Virus record (IMG/VR): IMGVR_UViG_3300020042_004724
Coordinates: 1-25,187 of that record
Strand: one strand, 5' to 3'
DNA from: a virus
Lineage: Duplodnaviria; Caudoviricetes
Length of the DNA: 25,187 nucleotides
In this document: positions 1-8,443 of the stretch, in pieces
Numbering within the stretch: the stretch's first letter is position 1
How the letters are laid out: every line of letters begins with the position of its first letter
The notes under the pieces: generated by a model
The model's input: only the letters and a program-made list of their open reading frames with translations
What the model was told of the DNA's origin: nothing
Databases searched by the model: none
Program-made: the position numbers and the translations under genes

Positions 1-3
1 TGT

Positions 4-75
4 GCTGCCGGGGGTGCACTAGCGAAGCACGGCCCGACAAGGGAAGGCGATCAGGTGCAAATCCTGAACGGCAGC
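4..75 (+). ncRNA. tRNA-like (pseudo-tRNA) cloverleaf element upstream of the small terminase gene
   Basis: 72 nt. 7-bp acceptor-like stem GCTGCCG(4-10)/CGGCAGC(69-75), D-like arm GTGC(14-17)/GCAC(27-30), weak 3-bp central arm CCC/GGG, T-like arm TCAGG-TGCAAAT-CCTGA (51-67). No canonical anticodon arm and no CCA. Confidence 0.45.
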
Positions 76-101
76 TTAACCCCAGGAGTGCGATTTCCTC
101 C

Positions 102-653
102 ATGTACACACCGGTCATCGATTACGACGTACCACTTGCAGACTATGCACCCACCTTCCAAGACTTGAGGGATCGGGTGGCTTCCGCCGTTGCAGCGCTG
201 GAAGACTTGGACTACATGCCGGAGCCGACAGAAGAAGATCGACGGGTGAGCCGGGCAATTTTTGCTGGGGAGCAAGGGGCCACGGACACAGACCTGTCCA
301 GCCCCGGGGTAATCGTGCATGTGGCTGCATTACTCAATGAATATGACCGCACCGTGGTCAAAAGTGCTGCACAACTGCGGACCTACGTCACAAACAAGCT
401 GATCTTGGAGTCCGACAACCAAGACCCACGCATCAGGATCAAGTCACTGGAGCTACTGGGTAAGATTTCAGACGTTGGATTGTTCACAGACAAGACAGAA
501 ATCACCATGCGGCACCGTCCCACCGAGGAATTGGAGCAAATGCTGCGCGAGAGGCTCACAAAAGTCATCGAAGGCGACGTTTTTGAGGTGTCCAACCCCG
601 CAAGTCTGGCCGAACGGCCCAAAATGGACGTTTCTGAGGTGCTTGGCGAGTGA
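102..653 (+). CDS. putative terminase small subunit
   Basis: 183 aa ORF directly upstream of terL and overlapping it (GTGA). Helical 'RIKSLELLGKISDVGLFTDKTE' segment typical of TerS C-terminal regions. Confidence 0.65.
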   Translation: MYTPVIDYDVPLADYAPTFQDLRDRVASAVAALEDLDYMPEPTEEDRRVSRAIFAGEQGATDTDLSSPGVIVHVAALLNEYDRTVVKSAAQLRTYVTNKLILESDNQDPRIRIKSLELLGKISDVGLFTDKTEITMRHRPTEELEQMLRERLTKVIEGDVFEVSNPASLAERPKMDVSEVLGE

Positions 654-2176
654 TTACCGACGATGTGCTAACCCCGGAGCGAGTAAATCGCATCGTGAAG
701 AGTTTGCCGTCGGCGGAAGCGGCAGAACTGCTGGCTTTGATGGACGAATTGCAGGGCCGCAAGCGTATTGACATGTGTCAACTGGACTTTTTGGCGTTTA
801 TTGCGGCCATGGACCCCACATATAAGTTCGGAGTCCACCTAAAACGGTTGGGAAGCCTGTTAATGGACGTGGAAAAAAACATCAAGAGCCGTATTGCGGT
901 GTCGATGGCCCCCAGGATGGGCAAATCGCAGATGATTTCCATCTATTACCCGGCTTGGTACCTCGGTTTGCACCCCGATCACAAGGTAATTGTGGCCTCC
1001 CACACGGCTGATTTGGCTGTTGTGATGGCCAGAAAAGTGCGAAATCTCATCAATACGCCCGAATACAAGACCATATTTCCCAACACTGCGATCGCCGCAG
1101 ATGCCAAAGCAGCGGCCCAATGGAACACCACAAAGGGCGGAGAGTACTTCGCAATCGGTGTGGGCGGCGCGTTGGCCGGTCGCGGGGCGCACTTAATCAT
1201 TGCCGACGATCCGTTGTCGGAGCAAGACATCAAGGCAGGCAACACCTCATCGCTGGATTCGACCTATGAGTGGTTCTCGGCGGGCTTGCGCACTCGTCTG
1301 ATGCCAGACGGAAAAATCTGCGTGCTGCATACGCGGTGGCACCAGCGGGACTTGATTGGGCGACTGATAAAAGACTCGGCCACGAACGAGGGCGGGGACA
1401 AGTACGAGGTTTTTGAGTTCCCTGCCATCCTTAATGAGAACACTGACAACGAGAAATCCATCTGGCCCGAGCAGTGGACGATCGAAGCGCTGCAACAAAC
1501 CCGGGCGTCAATGCACCACATCATGTGGCAGTGGTATGCACAGTACCAGCAAAATCCCACGGCGTCGGAAGCAGCCATCATCAAGCGGGAGTGGATCAAG
1601 TGGTGGACAAAGGATGACCCACCTGCGGTTGATTTCATTGTGCAGTCTTACGATACGGCGCTCACCACCAAGCAGCGGTCTGACTTCTCTGTGTGTCATA
1701 CATGGGGCGTGTGGAAAAACGAAGAGGACGTTGACAACGTGATTTTGCTTAACCGGGTCAAGGGCAAGTACGAGTTCCCTGAGCTTAAAGTCATGGCCCA
1801 CGAACAGTTTAAGAACTGGGAGCCCGATAGCGTTATCGTGGAGGCCAAAGCGTCTGGACAACCGCTCATTGACGAAATGCGGCGCTCGGGTATATTTGTG
1901 CAGGACTTCAGCCCTGGCAAGGGGCAAGACAAGATTGCGCGGCTCAATGCTGTGGCAGATATGTTTGCCTCTGGTCAGGTATGGTTTCCTGAGACTGCGT
2001 GGGCAGCGTCAACCGTTGAGGAAATCTTGGCTTTCCCGGCGGGCGAAAACGACGACGAGGTGGACGCGATGACGCTGGCTTTGATGCGAATCAGAAAAGG
2101 CGGGCTGTTGCGGTTGCACACCGACCACGAGGATAATGAACCCTTCTACCGGGCCCGTCGGCCTGCGTACTACTAA
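650..2176 (+). CDS. terL: terminase large subunit
   Basis: Walker A-like MAPRMGKS, Walker B LIIADDP, coupling motif TRWH, RNase H-like nuclease motifs QSYDTA and DDEVDA. GTG start with GAGGTG SD. Confidence 0.95.
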   Translation: MITDDVLTPERVNRIVKSLPSAEAAELLALMDELQGRKRIDMCQLDFLAFIAAMDPTYKFGVHLKRLGSLLMDVEKNIKSRIAVSMAPRMGKSQMISIYYPAWYLGLHPDHKVIVASHTADLAVVMARKVRNLINTPEYKTIFPNTAIAADAKAAAQWNTTKGGEYFAIGVGGALAGRGAHLIIADDPLSEQDIKAGNTSSLDSTYEWFSAGLRTRLMPDGKICVLHTRWHQRDLIGRLIKDSATNEGGDKYEVFEFPAILNENTDNEKSIWPEQWTIEALQQTRASMHHIMWQWYAQYQQNPTASEAAIIKREWIKWWTKDDPPAVDFIVQSYDTALTTKQRSDFSVCHTWGVWKNEEDVDNVILLNRVKGKYEFPELKVMAHEQFKNWEPDSVIVEAKASGQPLIDEMRRSGIFVQDFSPGKGQDKIARLNAVADMFASGQVWFPETAWAASTVEEILAFPAGENDDEVDAMTLALMRIRKGGLLRLHTDHEDNEPFYRARRPAYY

Positions 2177-2185
2177 GGATCAGAC

Positions 2186-4744
2186 ATGGAAAAAGGTTTA
2201 TACGCAGCCCCACTGGGCCTTGACAGCATTGTTCCAAACGGGATGGGCGAGGATGCCTTGGAGATCGAGATTGAGGACCCCAAGTCAGTAACGATGAGCG
2301 ACGGCAGCATGGAGATTACTCTGATGCCGGACGCCGCTACAGGCGAAGACTTCGATGCCAACTTGGCCGAAGAGATGGACGAGGGGGAGCTACAAAAGAT
2401 AGCGGGCGAACTGCTGGAGTTAGTTGACGCTGACATCAATAGTCGCAAGGATTGGGTTGAGATGTACGTCAAGGGGCTAGAAGTCCTCGGCATGAAGTAC
2501 GAAGAGCGCACTGAACCCTGGACGGGCGCGTGCGGGGTGTACTCCACAGTGCTGACAGAAGCGGCAGTGCGTTTCCAGAGTGAAACCATCATCGAGACAT
2601 TCCCCTCCGCTGGCCCAGTGAAGACAGAAATCATCGGTGCCATTGACCGGTACAAGACTGAGGCAGCAGATCGAGTTCGTGAGGACATGAACTACCAGTT
2701 GACCGAGGAGATGCCTGAGTACCGCCCTGAGCACGAGCGGCTGCTGTACTCCCTGGGGCTGGCTGGGTCCGCATTCAAAAAGGTGTACTACGACCCGTCA
2801 CTGCGCCGTCAAGTGGCAATTTTTATCCCGGCGGAAGACATCATCCTGCCGTACTCCGCGTCAAGCGCCCGCTCCGCAGAGCGGCTTACGCACACCATGC
2901 GCAAGACCAAGAACGAGGTCAAAAAGCTCCAGGTCAGTGGGTTTTACCGGGATGTGGACCTGGGTGAGCCGGTCACCATCCACAACGACATCGAGAAGCG
3001 CAAAGCTGAAGACCAAGGGTATTCCCTTACTGACGATGAGCGCTACCAGATCTATGAGATCCACGTTGACTTTGATCTGCCAGGGTACGAGGACGACGAT
3101 GGGATTGCGCTGCCATACGTCATCACCATTGACCGCAACACTCAGAACGTGCTGGCCATCAGACGCAATTGGGAGCCGGACGATGAGCGCCAGCTAAAGC
3201 GTCAGCACTTCGTACAGTACACATACATACCAGGGTTTGGCTCCTACGGCTTGGGGCTGATTCATTTGATCGGTGGCTACGCGCGTGCGGGCACTATGCT
3301 CATCCGTCAGTTGGTCGATGCGGGGACACTGAGCAACCTGCCCGGCGGGTTGAAGGCCAGAGGGTTGCGGGTCAAGGGCGACGACACGCCCATCGCCCCG
3401 GGCGAGTTCCGCGATGTGGACGTGCCAAGCGGCAGCATCAAAGACAACATCATGGCCCTGCCGTACAAGGAGCCAAGCCAAGTGCTGGCCGGGCTGTTGG
3501 AGAAGATCACCGACGAGGGTCGTCGTCTGGGCTCTATTGCGGACATGAACGTCAGCGACATGAGTGCAAATGCCCCGGTGGGTACCACGCTTGCGTTGCT
3601 GGAGCGGCAGTTGAAGGTAATGTCGGCTGTCCAGGCGCGGGTGCACTACAGCATGAAGGAGGAGTTCAAGCTCCTCAAAGACATCATCCGCGACTACGCT
3701 CCGCAGGACTACGATTACGACCCCGCCAGCGGTGACCGCCAAGTCAAGCAGTCGGACTACGACATGGTGGACGTGATCCCAGTGTCGGACCCCAACAGCA
3801 GCACGATGGCCCAGCGGATCATGCAGTACCAAGCGGTCATGCAGATGGCCCAGGGTGCACCGCAGATCTACGACTTGCCTTACTTGCACCGCCAGATGAT
3901 TGAGGTGTTGGGCGTGAAGAACGGCGAGAAGCTAGTGCCTATGGCCGAGGACATGAAGCCCCGAGACCCGGTGTCAGAGAACATGGCGTTCCTCAACGGG
4001 GAGCCCACCAAGGCGTTTATCTACCAAGACCACGATGCGCACATCGCTGTGCACACAGCCATGATGCAGGACCCGCTCATCATGGCGCAGATTGGTCAGA
4101 ACCCCCAGGCGCAGAAGATGCAGTCGGAGATCATGGCCCACATCAGTGAGCACTTGGCGTTCGCCTACCGCAGCAAGGTCGAGCAACAACTCGGCGTTGA
4201 GCTCCCCGCGCCCAACGAAGACATCCCCAAAGAGTTGGAGGTGCAGTTGTCCCGCTTGGTGGCCCAGGCCGCACAGCAGGTGTTGGCCCAGAGCAAATCC
4301 CAGGCTCAGCAACAGCAAGCCCAGCAGATGGCACAAGACCCGATCGTCCAGATGCAGCAGGCTGAGTTGCAGATCAAGAAGCAGGAAGCTGACACCAAGG
4401 CCAAGAAGGTTGAGGGTGACTTGTTGCTCAAGCAAGCTGAGATTGAGCTCAAGGCGCAAGCCCAGGGCAGCGCGGTCGAGGACCCCGTGATGATCGCCGA
4501 GCGTCACCGTCAAGAGATGGAGATGCAGAGCCAACGTCACGACATGGAGATGGCCCAAGCGCAGCAGGCTCAACAGCTTGAGGCGCAAAAGCAACAGCAG
4601 GGTATGGCGCAGGCGCAACAGATGCACGCACAACAAATGGCCCACGGCGGGCAGGTGCACAACCAGAAGCTCACACACGCGCAGGAGCAGGCGAGGATAA
4701 AAGCGGACCTGATGCGCAATCAACCGGGCGATAAGGAAGAGTAA
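2186..4744 (+). CDS. portal protein (P22-like) with long Q/M-rich C-terminal coiled-coil extension
   Basis: 852 aa directly after terL. Motifs 'GSAFKKVYYD', 'GFGSYGLGL', 'RQLVDAGTLSN', 'PGEFRDVD', 'APVGTTLALLE'; Q-rich helical tail. Confidence 0.9.
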   Translation: MEKGLYAAPLGLDSIVPNGMGEDALEIEIEDPKSVTMSDGSMEITLMPDAATGEDFDANLAEEMDEGELQKIAGELLELVDADINSRKDWVEMYVKGLEVLGMKYEERTEPWTGACGVYSTVLTEAAVRFQSETIIETFPSAGPVKTEIIGAIDRYKTEAADRVREDMNYQLTEEMPEYRPEHERLLYSLGLAGSAFKKVYYDPSLRRQVAIFIPAEDIILPYSASSARSAERLTHTMRKTKNEVKKLQVSGFYRDVDLGEPVTIHNDIEKRKAEDQGYSLTDDERYQIYEIHVDFDLPGYEDDDGIALPYVITIDRNTQNVLAIRRNWEPDDERQLKRQHFVQYTYIPGFGSYGLGLIHLIGGYARAGTMLIRQLVDAGTLSNLPGGLKARGLRVKGDDTPIAPGEFRDVDVPSGSIKDNIMALPYKEPSQVLAGLLEKITDEGRRLGSIADMNVSDMSANAPVGTTLALLERQLKVMSAVQARVHYSMKEEFKLLKDIIRDYAPQDYDYDPASGDRQVKQSDYDMVDVIPVSDPNSSTMAQRIMQYQAVMQMAQGAPQIYDLPYLHRQMIEVLGVKNGEKLVPMAEDMKPRDPVSENMAFLNGEPTKAFIYQDHDAHIAVHTAMMQDPLIMAQIGQNPQAQKMQSEIMAHISEHLAFAYRSKVEQQLGVELPAPNEDIPKELEVQLSRLVAQAAQQVLAQSKSQAQQQQAQQMAQDPIVQMQQAELQIKKQEADTKAKKVEGDLLLKQAEIELKAQAQGSAVEDPVMIAERHRQEMEMQSQRHDMEMAQAQQAQQLEAQKQQQGMAQAQQMHAQQMAHGGQVHNQKLTHAQEQARIKADLMRNQPGDKEE

Positions 4745-4941
4745 TGGACAACAAGATACTGGGGCTGCTGCACTCCAAGCTGGAGGAGCGCAAAGTTGGA
4801 CTCATCGAAGTTTTGAGTGATGGTGGGGCGTCGTCCTACGATCACTACAAAGAACTGTGCGGGACTATCCGAGGTCTCCTGACCGCACAGTCAGAAATAG
4901 GCGACCTCGTGCGTAGACTAAAGGAAAACGACGATGACTGA
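4744..4941 (+). CDS. small helical hypothetical protein
   Basis: TAATG coupling to the portal, AAGGA SD, 'YKELCGTIRGL' helix; sits in the head module. Confidence 0.75.
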   Translation: MDNKILGLLHSKLEERKVGLIEVLSDGGASSYDHYKELCGTIRGLLTAQSEIGDLVRRLKENDDD

Positions 4942-5335
4942 ATTTGACGTTGCGGCAGTAGACCTGTCAGGTATCTTGAATACCTCGGCAGAAGAGAAGG
5001 CAAAGCAAGTGCCTGACCCAGTGACCTTCCATTTGTTGTGTGTCCTTCCAGACATTGACGAGGAGTATGGTGATAGTGGGTTGGTGAAAGCCGGGCAAAC
5101 CATGCACTTTGAGGAAATTTTGTCCCCAGTGCTGTTTGTTGTGAAGGTTGGCCCAGACGCCTACAAAGACGAAAAACGCTTCCCCAATGGACCATCTTGT
5201 AAGGTCGGAGACTTTGTGTTGGTTCGCCCCAACACCGGCACGCGGATCAAAATCCACGGCAAAGAGTTCCGCATCATCAACGATGACTCCGTGGAAGCAG
5301 TTGTGCAAGACCCCCGTGGTATCACCCGCGCTTAA
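4934..5335 (+). CDS. GroES/Cpn10-like co-chaperonin
   Basis: GroES-type pattern 'VVKVGPDAY...CKVGDFVLV..NTGTRIKIHGKEFRIINDDSVEAVV'. Confidence 0.85.
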   Translation: MTEFDVAAVDLSGILNTSAEEKAKQVPDPVTFHLLCVLPDIDEEYGDSGLVKAGQTMHFEEILSPVLFVVKVGPDAYKDEKRFPNGPSCKVGDFVLVRPNTGTRIKIHGKEFRIINDDSVEAVVQDPRGITRA

Positions 5336-5344
5336 GGAATAACC

Positions 5345-6277
5345 ATGGAAAAAACTGAATTTGAGTTTCCAGACGAGGCGCAAGCCAAAAAGCCTGGGGT
5401 AAAAGCGGCAGAGGAATCGCCGGAAATTGAGATCGTTGACGATACTCCCCCAGAGGACCGCAATCGCAAGCCGATGGCCGACACCCCCAAGGAGATGACC
5501 GACGAGGAGCTTGATAAGTACGACGAGAGCGTTAAAAAGCGCATTCAGCACTTCACCAAGGGCTACCACGAGGAGCGCCGGGCCAAAGAATCCGCCCTGC
5601 GTGAGCGCGAGGAAGCCGTGCGGGCAGCGCAAATAATTGCTGAGGAGAACAAGAAGCTCAAGGGCTCTTTGTCTCAGGGGCAAACCGCGCTGCTGGAGCA
5701 GGCCAAGAAGGTCGTGGCCAATGAGATGGACCAAGCCAAGCGCAAGTACCGAGAGGCATATGAGGCCGGGGACTCGGAAGCTTTGGCCAACGCCCAAGAG
5801 GAAATGACCTCGGCCAAGATTAAAGCGGAGCGTGTAAATAATTTCAAACCTGCCCCTTTACAGGAGGGAAGAAATGAGGTACAAACGCCCCAACAGCCCC
5901 CTGAGCCGCGTAGAGACCCTCGCGCAGACGCTTGGCGGGATTCCAATCCTTGGTTTGGCACTAACCGGCGAATGACGGCTTATGCGATTGCCTTACACGA
6001 GGACTTGGTAGAGAATGAACGGGTTTCCCCGGCCAGCGACGATTATTTTCGCCGTATAGACGAGGAAATGCGGTCCAGGTTTTCAGATGAGTTTGAGTCT
6101 GAGAAACCCGCTGATGCGTCACCTCAGCGCCAGAAGTCAAACGTTGTCGCACCGGCAACGCGGAGTACTGCGCCCCGAAAGGTCGTACTTACCAAATCGC
6201 AGGTCGAAATCGCCCGACGGCTTAATGTGCCCTTGGAACTTTATGCCCGTAAGGTTGCGGAAGAAATGAGGAAATAA
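5345..6277 (+). CDS. putative capsid scaffolding protein
   Basis: Acidic disordered N-terminus, long charged coiled coil, short C-terminal helix-turn-helix 'LTKSQVEIARRLNVPLELYARKV'; lies between portal and capsid; AAGGA SD. Confidence 0.7.
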   Translation: MEKTEFEFPDEAQAKKPGVKAAEESPEIEIVDDTPPEDRNRKPMADTPKEMTDEELDKYDESVKKRIQHFTKGYHEERRAKESALREREEAVRAAQIIAEENKKLKGSLSQGQTALLEQAKKVVANEMDQAKRKYREAYEAGDSEALANAQEEMTSAKIKAERVNNFKPAPLQEGRNEVQTPQQPPEPRRDPRADAWRDSNPWFGTNRRMTAYAIALHEDLVENERVSPASDDYFRRIDEEMRSRFSDEFESEKPADASPQRQKSNVVAPATRSTAPRKVVLTKSQVEIARRLNVPLELYARKVAEEMRK

Positions 6278-6278
6278 A

Positions 6279-6743
6279 ATGAGCGAAGAAAATACCCAAA
6301 CAAAACGTGGTAGTCGAGACCTTGAGTCCCGTGAACAAACGATGCGTCCGCGCAAGTGGGCACCCCCGCAGTTGCTGCCTGATCCTGAGCCTGAGGATGG
6401 ATGGGCCTTCCGTTGGATTCGTTTGTCTACGCTCAATAATCCCGACCCGCTCAACATCTCTTCAAAACTCCGCGAAGGTTGGGAACCTGTAAAGGCCAGC
6501 ACTCAGCCAAAATTGCAAATCCTGAGCAACCCACAAAGTCGCTTCCCGGATTGCATTGAGGTAGGAGGCTTGTTGCTTTGCAAAACCCCAGTGGAATTCT
6601 CTCAGGATCGTGACGCGTATTACCAACATCAGGCCAATTCGCAGATGACCTCAGTGGATAACACTTTCATGCGTGAAAATAACCCGAAGATGCCGCTTTT
6701 CAAAGAGCGGAATTCAAGTGTTACTTTCGGTAAAGGTATCTAA
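6279..6743 (+). CDS. hypothetical protein of the head module
   Basis: 154 aa ORF with GAGG SD, 1 nt after the scaffold stop; motifs WAPP, FRWIR, EGWEPV, VGGLLLCK. Confidence 0.75.
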   Translation: MSEENTQTKRGSRDLESREQTMRPRKWAPPQLLPDPEPEDGWAFRWIRLSTLNNPDPLNISSKLREGWEPVKASTQPKLQILSNPQSRFPDCIEVGGLLLCKTPVEFSQDRDAYYQHQANSQMTSVDNTFMRENNPKMPLFKERNSSVTFGKGI

Positions 6744-6758
6744 CTTTTGGAGGCTTAA

Positions 6759-7382
6759 ATGGCATCTACTTCAACCCCCTTCGGCCTACGTGCGATCAAT
6801 TTGATCGGCGGTCAGGTCTTCGCGGGCTCGTTCCGCGAATACAAGTTGTCCACCAACAACTCAAACGCCATTTTTAATGGCGACATTGTTCAGCTAACCA
6901 GCGCTGGCAATCCTCAAGCACTGACTGCAACTCCTACCGCTGGCACCACTGCCGGTATCGTGGGCGTCTGCGTTGGTGTGCGTTATGTAACCCCCGGTTT
7001 GAACCAGCCGCAGTTCGCTCAGTACTGCCCCGCTGGCGCTATTACCGCTGGCTACACTGACGTGTATATCCGTGTCATTGATGACCCGGACGCTCTGTTC
7101 CAAGTCCAAGGCTCCGCCGCTTACGGTACTTTGACCAACGGTGCCGCTGGCGCTGTGGGCAAAAACGCCGCTCTGGGCAACTTCAGCGCTGGTAACACCC
7201 TTACCGGTAACTCTGGAGTGAACTTGGTGGTTGGTACAAATGGTGCCTCTTTGGCCAGCACCAGTACCCTGGCAATGCGTATTGTTGATTACGATGAAAA
7301 CACCGCAACCGACACTTACCCCGATTTGATCGTCAAGTTCAATTTCGGCACGCATTCCTACTACTTCGCCACTGGCGTTTAA
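6759..7382 (+). CDS. putative capsid decoration/cement protein
   Basis: GGAGG SD; G/A/T-rich beta protein ('PFGLR', 'IFNGDIV', 'VIDDPDALFQVQ') directly upstream of the major capsid gene; highly-expressed codon bias (GCT/ACT/GGT). Confidence 0.6.
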   Translation: MASTSTPFGLRAINLIGGQVFAGSFREYKLSTNNSNAIFNGDIVQLTSAGNPQALTATPTAGTTAGIVGVCVGVRYVTPGLNQPQFAQYCPAGAITAGYTDVYIRVIDDPDALFQVQGSAAYGTLTNGAAGAVGKNAALGNFSAGNTLTGNSGVNLVVGTNGASLASTSTLAMRIVDYDENTATDTYPDLIVKFNFGTHSYYFATGV

Positions 7383-7395
7383 GGAGTAATCTAAA

Positions 7396-8307
7396 ATGGC
7401 AATTTCACGTTCACAACTGCTCAAAGAGCTACTCCCCGGCTTGAATGCCTTGTTTGGTCTCGAGTACGCTAAGTACGGCGAAGAGCACAAGGAAATCTAC
7501 GAAACCGAATCCTCGGAGCGTAGCTTTGAAGAGGAAACCAAGCTGTCTGGCTTCCAGGCCGCTCCCGTTAAAAACGAGGGCGCTGCGATTGCTTATGACA
7601 ATGCGCAGGAAGCTTGGACTGCACGTTATCAACACGAAACCATTGCGATGGGCTTCTCCATCACTGAGGAAGCTGTGGAAGATAACTTGTACGACAGCCT
7701 CTCCAGCCGCTACACCAAGGCTTTGGCCCGTGGTATGGCTTACACCAAGCAAGTCAAGGCTGCTTTCACTTTGAATCAAGCGTTCAATACATCGGTTACC
7801 TACGGTGACGGTAAAGCCTTGTGCGTTACTGACCATCCCCTGGTCTCTGGTGGCACCAACAGCAACCGGCCCACGACTGGTGCCGATCTGAATGAAACCT
7901 CCTTGGAAAATGCCGTGATTCAAATCGCTGCATGGACCGATGAGCGTGGATTGCTGATCGCCGCCAAGCCTAAGAAGCTGGTGATCCCTCCCGCCCTGAT
8001 GTTCGTGGCTACCCGCCTGCTCGAGACCGAGTTGCGTGTTGGTACCGCTGACAACGACATCAACGCGATCAAGAGCAACGGTTCGATCCCTGGTGGTTAC
8101 TGCGTTAACCACTTTTTGACCGACACCAATGCTTGGTTCTTGTTGACTGACGTGCCTAACGGTTTGAAGCACTTTGTCCGTACCCCGCTGTCCAACAGCA
8201 TGGACGGCGACTTTGACACCGGCAACGTCCGCTACAAGGCCCGTGAGCGTTATTCGTTCGGCGTGTCTGATCCCCTGGGTATCTTTGGATCGCCCGGTTC
8301 GTCTTGA
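7396..8307 (+). CDS. major capsid protein (HK97 fold, Mu gpT-like family)
   Basis: AAGGAG SD; 303 aa; motifs 'GFSITEEAVEDNLY', 'DGKALCVTDHPL', 'PKKLVIPPAL', 'RYKARERYSFG'; strong codon bias; followed by a terminator. Confidence 0.9.
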   Translation: MAISRSQLLKELLPGLNALFGLEYAKYGEEHKEIYETESSERSFEEETKLSGFQAAPVKNEGAAIAYDNAQEAWTARYQHETIAMGFSITEEAVEDNLYDSLSSRYTKALARGMAYTKQVKAAFTLNQAFNTSVTYGDGKALCVTDHPLVSGGTNSNRPTTGADLNETSLENAVIQIAAWTDERGLLIAAKPKKLVIPPALMFVATRLLETELRVGTADNDINAIKSNGSIPGGYCVNHFLTDTNAWFLLTDVPNGLKHFVRTPLSNSMDGDFDTGNVRYKARERYSFGVSDPLGIFGSPGSS

Positions 8308-8314
8308 TGAGACT

Positions 8315-8345
8315 GGAAAAGGGGCCTTGTGCCCCTTTTTCTTTT
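8315..8345 (+). terminator. intrinsic terminator after the major capsid gene (possibly bidirectional)
   Basis: AAAAGGGGC-CTTGT-GCCCCTTTT hairpin followed by TCTTTT. Confidence 0.85.
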
Positions 8346-8355
8346 GGTGTATATT
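8327..8355 (+). promoter_or_regulatory. candidate sigma70-type promoter overlapping the terminator
   Basis: TTGTGC (8327-8332), 17-nt spacer, TATATT (8350-8355). The predicted start near 8361-8362 lies just before the structured RNA. Confidence 0.45.
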
Positions 8356-8364
8356 GCATTCATC

Positions 8365-8436
8365 CCGGGGTCCCCGGTGTATCTGACAGTCCCGGCTGAC
8401 GACATGCAGACAGATACGCCCCACTTGCATGTAAGG
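8365..8436 (+). ncRNA. structured RNA downstream of the capsid gene (candidate Mu-gpT-DE motif)
   Basis: Three pairings: CCGGGG(8365-70)/TCCCGG(8390-95), GGTGTATCTG(8376-85)/CAGATACGCC(8411-20), ACATGCAG(8402-09)/TTGCATGT(8425-32). Ends at the AAGGA SD. Position after a gpT-like gene matches my recollection of the Mu-gpT-DE motif. Confidence 0.65.
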
Positions 8437-8443
8437 AAAAATC

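Noticed and set aside
4-75. Functional tRNA gene
   Set aside because: No 5-bp anticodon stem with a 7-nt loop, the T-loop lacks TTC, and there is no CCA. Kept only as a tRNA-like element.
650-4744. Intein or intron in terminase or portal
   Set aside because: ORFs are continuous and of expected size, with no intein splice motifs or homing endonuclease signatures.
8362-8440. Hammerhead ribozyme (AUC before stem I, CUGACGA core, stem II, loop-loop contact)
   Set aside because: Stem II is followed by UAAG rather than GAAA, and no stem III can form. The topology is suggestive but the catalytic core is incomplete.
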